Origin: a candidate division WOR-3 bacterium
GTDB taxonomy: Bacteria; Hydrothermota; Tepidihabitantia; Tepidihabitantales; Tepidihabitantaceae
Direction of reading: 5' to 3'
DNA: 64,000 nucleotides
Assembly (NCBI GenBank): GCA_965649205.1
Contig: CBFGJV010000006.1
Location: forward strand, 26,015 to 90,014
Shown: positions 58,541-64,000 of the stretch, piece by piece
Layout of the letters: each line of letters begins with the position of its first letter
Position numbering within the stretch: the stretch's first letter is position 1
Made by a program: the position numbers and the translations under genes
Notes under the pieces: generated by a model
Databases searched by the model: none
Seen by the model: only the letters and a program-made list of their open reading frames with translations
Told to the model about the DNA's origin: nothing

Positions 58541-59522
58541 GCCGAGGTTCGGATTTTACTGGGCGGCGTCGTGCGGCGGATGCGAAATTTCAGTATTGGA
58601 CACGAACGAAAAGCTTCTGGACATTGCGGCCAGGGCTGAAATCCTGCTCTGGCCAGTGGCAATGGATACCAAAAAGGCGGATGTGGAGAAGATGCCGGAC
58701 AAGCACCTAGACACAGTGTTCTTCAATGGTTCGGTGCGTAACTCAGAGCAGGAGGAATGGGCGCACCTGCTTCGGCGCAAGGCTAAGACACTGGTGGCGT
58801 TCGGATCCTGCGCGCATCACGGCTGCATCCCCGGACTGGCCAACCTCTATAGCCGAGAGGAAATCTTCCGCACTATTTATCGCAACGAACCCTCGCTCGA
58901 CGAATCAAGGGGAATCGAACCGAAGACAAAAGTTACAGTAGCGGAGGGAGAGTTGACCCTGCCGGAGTTCTTTGACCTGGTTAGACCGCTGGACCAGGTA
59001 GTGGAAGTTGACTATTATCTCCCGGGGTGTCCACCGCCAGTACCGATTGTCCTAAAAGCGATGGACACAATAATATCCGGTAGTCTGCCGGCAAAAGGCA
59101 CTGTGCTTGCGCCGACCAAAGCGTTGTGCGACGAGTGCTCGCGGAACGAAAGTCTGCCTAAGAAGATGCCGGACGTGAAACGTACCTGGGAAGTGCAGGC
59201 AGACCCCAAGGTGTGCTTTCTGCGGCAGGGCATCATCTGTATGGGCCCGGCTACGCGCTCCGGGTGCGAGCAACGTTGTATCAACGGCAACTGGCCCTGT
59301 ACCGGTTGTATGGGCCCGGTTCCGGAGGTGAAAGACCAGGGCGCAAAGATGATTTCCGCCCTGGGTGCAATACTCGCTTTAGACGAGGAAGCAAAACTCA
59401 CTGAAGACCAGACCAAAGCTCTGATAGCGAAAGTCAAAGATCCGGTAGGCACGTTCTATATGTACGGCTTGGCCAGTGCAACCATAAACAAAAGACAACG
59501 GAAAGAGTCTGCTGGAGCTTAG
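58533..59522 (+). CDS. mvhG: [NiFe]-hydrogenase small subunit, MvhG-like (group 3c)
   Basis: Proximal-cluster motifs CGGCE, GSCAHHGC and GCPP. C-terminal medial/distal cluster cysteines. Overlaps hdrA by 8 nt. Confidence 0.8.
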   Translation: MAKPRFGFYWAASCGGCEISVLDTNEKLLDIAARAEILLWPVAMDTKKADVEKMPDKHLDTVFFNGSVRNSEQEEWAHLLRRKAKTLVAFGSCAHHGCIPGLANLYSREEIFRTIYRNEPSLDESRGIEPKTKVTVAEGELTLPEFFDLVRPLDQVVEVDYYLPGCPPPVPIVLKAMDTIISGSLPAKGTVLAPTKALCDECSRNESLPKKMPDVKRTWEVQADPKVCFLRQGIICMGPATRSGCEQRCINGNWPCTGCMGPVPEVKDQGAKMISALGAILALDEEAKLTEDQTKALIAKVKDPVGTFYMYGLASATINKRQRKESAGA

Positions 59523-59523
59523 T

Positions 59524-61002
59524 ATGGACAGACGCATAACTGTTGACCCGATTACACGACTGGAAGGACATGGAAAGATAGAAATCTTTTTGGACGAGCA
59601 CGGCGAGGTAGACAACGCCTATCTCCAAGTTCCTGAACTACGTGGTTTCGAGCAGTTCTGCGTGGGCAGGAAGGCTGAAGATATGCCCCAGCTTACCTCA
59701 CGCATCTGTGGTGTCTGTCCGGTCGCCCACCACTACGCTGCTACCAAGGCACTGGATATGGCCTTTGGCGTAGAACCAACCGCAACCGCAAGGAAGCTGC
59801 GCGAGCTCATCTACGCCGGTTATATCATCTATGATCACATTTTGCACTTCTACTTTCTGGCCGGGCCGGATTTTGTGTTAGGACCGGACGCACCCAAGGA
59901 AAAGCGGAATATCCTCGGTGTTATAGAAAAAGTAGGACTGGATGTGGCAAGAGAAGTAATTAAGCACCGAGCCTATGGTCAGAAGATAACAGAGATTCTC
60001 GGGGGCAAACCAACCCATCCTGTGTCGGGCGTTCCCGGAGGCCAGACCAAATCACTAGACGAAGATGGACGGAAGCAAATAGAAGAAATGGCGAAGTCCT
60101 GCGTAGCATTCGCTGAATTCAGTTTGGAGCTTTTCCGCAAGACGGTATTGGAAAACAAACAGTATATGAACCTTGTCACTGACCCCCGTTTCAGTCTCAA
60201 ACTGTACAATATGGGTCTTGTAGACGAGAAGAACCGGGTGAACTTCTACGACGGCAAAGTACGCGTAACTACCCCAAACGGTGAGGAGTACCTCAAATTT
60301 GAGTTAAAGGATTACCTGAAGCATATCCGGGAACACGTTCTGGAATGGAGCTATGTGAAGGTACCTTACCTTGCGGCAATTGGCTACAGGGGACTCACTG
60401 ATGGCCCGGAATCTGGCATCTATCGTGTAGGACCTCTAGCTCGCTTGAATGCGGCCGAAGGAATGGCAACACCCAAAGCAGATGCTGCATACCGAGAAAT
60501 GTACAACACTTTCGGCACCAAACCGGTACACTCTACGCTTGCATTCCACTGGGCTAGGCTTATAGAATTGCTCTACGCTTCCGAACTAGCGCTTGCACTT
60601 GCCTCGGACACCAACATCACCGGAACAGACATCCGCAATATGGACTACAAGATGCAGGAGCAGGGCATCGGCGTGGTAGAGGCGGCGCGGGGAACTCTGT
60701 TCCATCACTACTGGCTGGATGAAAACAGATTGGTGAAGAAAGTGAATCTGATTGTGGCCTCAACCAACAATATGGGCCCGATCTGTATGTCAGTCCGAGA
60801 CGCAGCAAGGAGTCTAATCCACGCCGGCAAGGCAGACGACGGACTGTTGAATACGGTAGAAATGTTCTTCCGTGCCTACGACCCGTGCTTTGCCTGTGCT
60901 AGCCACACCCTCGGAAGCGCACCGCTGGAAGTCAACCTGCGCCTCTCAGATGGCACATTACTAGAGACCCTGACAAACCAATCCAACCGGGATACACATT
61001 AA
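59524..61002 (+). CDS. mvhA: [NiFe]-hydrogenase large subunit, MvhA-like
   Basis: N-terminal RICGVC and C-terminal DPCFACASH Ni-Fe ligand motifs, plus RLEGHGKI. 492 aa. Confidence 0.88.
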   Translation: MDRRITVDPITRLEGHGKIEIFLDEHGEVDNAYLQVPELRGFEQFCVGRKAEDMPQLTSRICGVCPVAHHYAATKALDMAFGVEPTATARKLRELIYAGYIIYDHILHFYFLAGPDFVLGPDAPKEKRNILGVIEKVGLDVAREVIKHRAYGQKITEILGGKPTHPVSGVPGGQTKSLDEDGRKQIEEMAKSCVAFAEFSLELFRKTVLENKQYMNLVTDPRFSLKLYNMGLVDEKNRVNFYDGKVRVTTPNGEEYLKFELKDYLKHIREHVLEWSYVKVPYLAAIGYRGLTDGPESGIYRVGPLARLNAAEGMATPKADAAYREMYNTFGTKPVHSTLAFHWARLIELLYASELALALASDTNITGTDIRNMDYKMQEQGIGVVEAARGTLFHHYWLDENRLVKKVNLIVASTNNMGPICMSVRDAARSLIHAGKADDGLLNTVEMFFRAYDPCFACASHTLGSAPLEVNLRLSDGTLLETLTNQSNRDTH

Positions 61003-61119
61003 AACCAGGAAAATTCTATATCAGTTACAAACCACCAGCGCTCCACAGTCTAATTAAACCGCACTGGTCTTTCCAAATTAGAACGTAGAGCTGGTACTAA
61101 GCCTTCGTGACCCGCCTGC

Positions 61120-62190
61120 CTACCAGCGGATAACCACTCCGCCCCAGGTGAGGCCAGCACCGAAAGCTACCATAACTACGGCATCTCCGGCGTGTATTCT
61201 GCCACTGCGTCTGGCTTCATCCAGAGCAATAATTGTAGAAGCGGAAGATGTATTGGCGTATTTTTCTATGTTAACAAAGACTTTCTCTTTCGGAAAGCCC
61301 AGCATCTTGGCCACCGCCTCAATGATGCGCAGGTTCGCCTGGTGCGGAATGAGCAACTTGATATCCTCGGCCTTAAGCCGGGCCATATCCAAGAGCCGTC
61401 TCACCGCATCACTCATACTCCGTACGGCCACCTTAAATATAGCGTTGCCGTTCATCTTTAGGTAATGAAGTCGTTCCTTGACCGATTCCACTGTGGCTGG
61501 TATGCGGGAACCGCCCGCGGGCATCATCAGATCGGGACCACGTGAACCATCCGCAGCCAGATAGCTCGCTATAATACCACGACCCGTATCTCCTTCCGCC
61601 CTGACCACTGCCGCACCCGCCCCATCTGCAAGCAGTACACAAGTCCCGCGGTCAGTCCAGTCTGTAATCTTGGAAAGTATCTCCACCCCTACGACCAGAA
61701 CTGTTTTGTAGGTTCCGGCCGCTATGAACTGCCGAGCTGTGGCTAGTGCGTAGATAAACCCGGTGCAGCCAGCAGAGACGTCCATCGCCGCCGCTTTCTT
61801 CGCACCCAGTCGGTTCTGCAGTATGCAAGAAGTAGAAGGAAACAGCATGTCACCGGTCACAGTCGCCACCAATATCAGGTCCAGGTCTTCAGGATGCACT
61901 TTGGCGTCAGCCAGTGCTTTCTGAGCAGCCCGGAGAGCGAAGTCCGACGCTGCCTCGTCCGGCCGCGCAATCCTGCGTTCTCTCATCCCGGTACGCTCTA
62001 CGATCCATTCATCAGAAGTGTCTACCAGCTTCTCCAAATCGGCATTGGTCATAATCCGCTCCGGCACATCAAAGCCGGTGCCGGAAATTATGGCCGCGGG
62101 CCGACTCACTACATTCACAGCAAGAGAAGAAAAAAGATGCGGCTCTTCCTTCGCCGCCAGGGACTCCGGGTCAATAGCTACTTTGTTCAC
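61120..62190 (-). CDS. fabH: 3-oxoacyl-ACP synthase III (true start possibly GTG at about 62118)
   Basis: AIISGTGFDVPERIMTNADLEKLVDTSDEWIVERTGMRER aligns with E. coli FabH residues 5-45. Cys-His-Asn triad context (AGCTGF, HQANLRI, NTSSAS). Confidence 0.88.
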   Translation of the reverse strand: MNKVAIDPESLAAKEEPHLFSSLAVNVVSRPAAIISGTGFDVPERIMTNADLEKLVDTSDEWIVERTGMRERRIARPDEAASDFALRAAQKALADAKVHPEDLDLILVATVTGDMLFPSTSCILQNRLGAKKAAAMDVSAGCTGFIYALATARQFIAAGTYKTVLVVGVEILSKITDWTDRGTCVLLADGAGAAVVRAEGDTGRGIIASYLAADGSRGPDLMMPAGGSRIPATVESVKERLHYLKMNGNAIFKVAVRSMSDAVRRLLDMARLKAEDIKLLIPHQANLRIIEAVAKMLGFPKEKVFVNIEKYANTSSASTIIALDEARRSGRIHAGDAVVMVAFGAGLTWGGVVIRW

Positions 62191-62255
62191 GACTGCTAAA
62201 TACTACCATGCTGTTCCGCTGTGTCAAATCGCCTGCTCTCGCAGTTTTGGTTCTA

Positions 62256-63011
62256 CTAGCTTTTCGGCGACGCTGACCAACCTCTTTCTGCCAACCGTTC
62301 TAGGAACTGCTCTATCCGCCGTTGGTTCAAAAAATACCCAACAGAAAGCGCAGCCGCGATCAAACCAAGCAACGCCCACTGCTGCCAACCGAAGCGAGTT
62401 GCACCTGCCCCCAGGGCACATTCTATCAGGTTCGATGGCAACCGCGCCACAAGCACCAATATCAGGAACACAGGCAACGGTAACGGGGTCAGACCGGCAA
62501 GGTAATATATCCAGTCCCCAAACGGATTAGGCACCAGGAGCAAAAGAAACACATAAAAGGTACCCCGACGCAGTATTACTGCATCCAACCGCCGCAGTTG
62601 CTCAGCCGGGACTAGATACTTGAGTAACCTACGACCCAAAAGCCTGGTCAAAAGAAAATCTACAGTCGCTCCCAAGAGCACACCCAACATCAACCAGATA
62701 ATAGTGGGCCAGGTACCCAGCGCATAACCGCAGGCGAATGCAACCACATTACCAGGAAGCGGCGCCACAGCTATCTGCACTGCCTGAAGAATAATAATGC
62801 CCACAGGGGCCCAGCCTCCCCATCCCTTTACCAATGCCCTGAGTTCCAATGGATTGCGGAAGCAATGCCACACCTGCCTGCCGCCTGCAGCGATAGCCAG
62901 AGCCAGAACCACAATGAGTAGAAACAGAAGCCCAACTGAAATCCGCCTACCCGCCACTCTGCTTTCCCTCACATCTCTACGATTATTGACGGTTCTGCTG
63001 CTAGAAAACAA
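62256..63011 (-). CDS. DedA/TVP38/TMEM64-family membrane protein
   Basis: Polytopic. The conserved motif (LLLVPNPFGDWIYYLAGLT) is typical of the SNARE-associated/DedA family. Confidence 0.65.
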   Translation of the reverse strand: MFSSSRTVNNRRDVRESRVAGRRISVGLLFLLIVVLALAIAAGGRQVWHCFRNPLELRALVKGWGGWAPVGIIILQAVQIAVAPLPGNVVAFACGYALGTWPTIIWLMLGVLLGATVDFLLTRLLGRRLLKYLVPAEQLRRLDAVILRRGTFYVFLLLLVPNPFGDWIYYLAGLTPLPLPVFLILVLVARLPSNLIECALGAGATRFGWQQWALLGLIAAALSVGYFLNQRRIEQFLERLAERGWSASPKS

Positions 63012-63122
63012 AGGGAGAAAATTGGCATTGGTACCCTATATCTAGCTCAGTCCAATACAAAGTCAAGTATGCATTCAGGGTTTGTGTTGACGTTGTCTGG
63101 CTCATGGTTATCCTGAGCTTGT

Positions 63123-64000
63123 ATGCATCAAACAGGAAGATTACTGATAGGCGGCAAGTGGGTTAAGACAGAAAAAACGATGCCAGTGAGAAATCCCTAC
63201 GATGACTCTGTTCTCGCCGAAGTTGCAGTCGCCGGTCCGAACGAAGTCGAACAAGCTCTAACCTCCGCGGAAGCCGGCGCCGAGGAAATGCGCCGCTTAC
63301 CTACACACCGCCGCACCGGCATCCTTACGCGCTGCGCCGAGTTGGTCGAAACCCGCAAGCAAGAGTTCACAGATACCATCATTGCTGAAGCTGGCAAACC
63401 CCGCCGCTACGCAGAAACCGAGGTTAACCGGGCCATAGAAACCTTACGCCTTGCTGCAGCTGAAGCCTCCCGCCTTCACGGCGAAACAATACCGATGGAT
63501 GCGTGCGTCGGTTCTGAAAACCGCCGGGGATTCTTCATTCGCGTGCCCCTCGGTGTAGTCGCAGCTATAACACCTTTCAACTTTCCCTTAAACCTCGTCG
63601 TCCACAAGGTCGCGCCAGCACTCGCGGCCGGCAACTCAGTAGTCTTAAAGCCAGCCAGTGCGACTCCCTTGTCCGCGCTCAAACTCGGAGAAACCCTCCT
63701 CGAGGCCGGTTTACCAGTCCAAGCTCTGAACATCTTGGTTGGATCAGGCAACACGTTAGGGGCCATGCTAGTTAAAGACCGCCGGGTACGTATGGTAACC
63801 TTCACCGGCAGCGCCGCGGTGGGAGAAAAAATCAAGACTTCATCCGGACTGAAGCGAGTAACACTTGAACTCGGTTCCAACTCTGGAGCCATCATTGACG
63901 AAACGGCGGACTTCAACAAGGCACTTGGCCGCTGCTTAGTCGGGGCTTTCTCCTATTCCGGACAGGTGTGTATCCACACCCAGCGACTGTATGTACACCA
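63123..64000 (+). CDS. NAD(P)-dependent aldehyde dehydrogenase (3' end truncated by the window edge)
   Basis: MHQTGRLLIGGKWVKTEKTMPVRNPYDDSVLAEV is an ALDH N-terminus. Also FTGSAAVGEKI and ELGSNSGAIID. The catalytic Cys lies in GQVCIHTQRLYVH at the window edge. Confidence 0.8.
   Translation, partial: MHQTGRLLIGGKWVKTEKTMPVRNPYDDSVLAEVAVAGPNEVEQALTSAEAGAEEMRRLPTHRRTGILTRCAELVETRKQEFTDTIIAEAGKPRRYAETEVNRAIETLRLAAAEASRLHGETIPMDACVGSENRRGFFIRVPLGVVAAITPFNFPLNLVVHKVAPALAAGNSVVLKPASATPLSALKLGETLLEAGLPVQALNILVGSGNTLGAMLVKDRRVRMVTFTGSAAVGEKIKTSSGLKRVTLELGSNSGAIIDETADFNKALGRCLVGAFSYSGQVCIHTQRLYVH

Noticed and set aside
1-64000. CRISPR arrays, transposases, integrases, and prophage or genomic-island signatures next to the three tRNAs
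   Set aside because: No direct-repeat arrays and no recombinase, transposase or phage-like ORFs were seen on either strand. The tRNAs are flanked by housekeeping genes.

Overview
The window is a 64-kb, GC-rich (~58%) chromosomal segment from an anaerobic bacterium. T9SS C-terminal sorting domains suggest the FCB group. The chemistry is fermentative or syntrophic: Hdr/Mvh-like hydrogenase, NfnAB, a 2-oxoacid:ferredoxin oxidoreductase and an acyl-CoA dehydrogenase. No rRNA, CRISPR array, transposase or integrase was seen.

The window is densely coding, with about 60 genes, and is mostly core metabolism and housekeeping:
- tRNA-Arg(CCG), nitroreductase and rimI;
- a 4-gene cluster of uncharacterised membrane/exported proteins (1793-5217);
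- plsC, htrA and purB;
- an OFOR alpha plus beta-gamma fusion with acd, a small ORF and a DUF362-ferredoxin protein;
- an EamA transporter, lptD and maf;
- gap-pgk-tpiA and mlaFED;
- a class II aldolase fused to a SpoU methyltransferase;
- the alpha-2-macroglobulin/PBP1C pair;
- dnaN and tRNA-Leu(GAG);
- deoB-cdd, serS and ribE-ribD;
- an ECF sigma factor with an anti-sigma factor carrying a TonB C-terminal domain;
- a remnant spc ribosomal cluster (secY-rplO-rpmD-rpsE-rplR) with ddl abutting it;
- nfnAB, then secG-rplU followed by a T9SS cargo gene;
- a triple-HTH protein, tRNA-Val(CAC) and an RRM protein;
- a second T9SS cargo gene split by an in-frame TGA, and an outer-membrane receptor gene broken by two frameshifts;
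- hdrB-hdrA-mvhG-mvhA, fabH, a DedA-family protein and a partial aldehyde dehydrogenase.

The points most worth follow-up are:
- the uncharacterised 4-gene envelope cluster;
- the two adjacent disrupted cell-surface genes (in-frame TGA; double frameshift);
- the minimal Hdr/Mvh cluster lacking hdrC and mvhD;
- the aldolase-SpoU fusion, which has no canonical start codon and a C11 homopolymer in its linker;
- a conserved promoter-like motif shared by the gap and secG upstream regions;
- a 960-bp non-coding gap upstream of secG.

All calls rest on reading the supplied translations and sequence by eye. No database searches were run.
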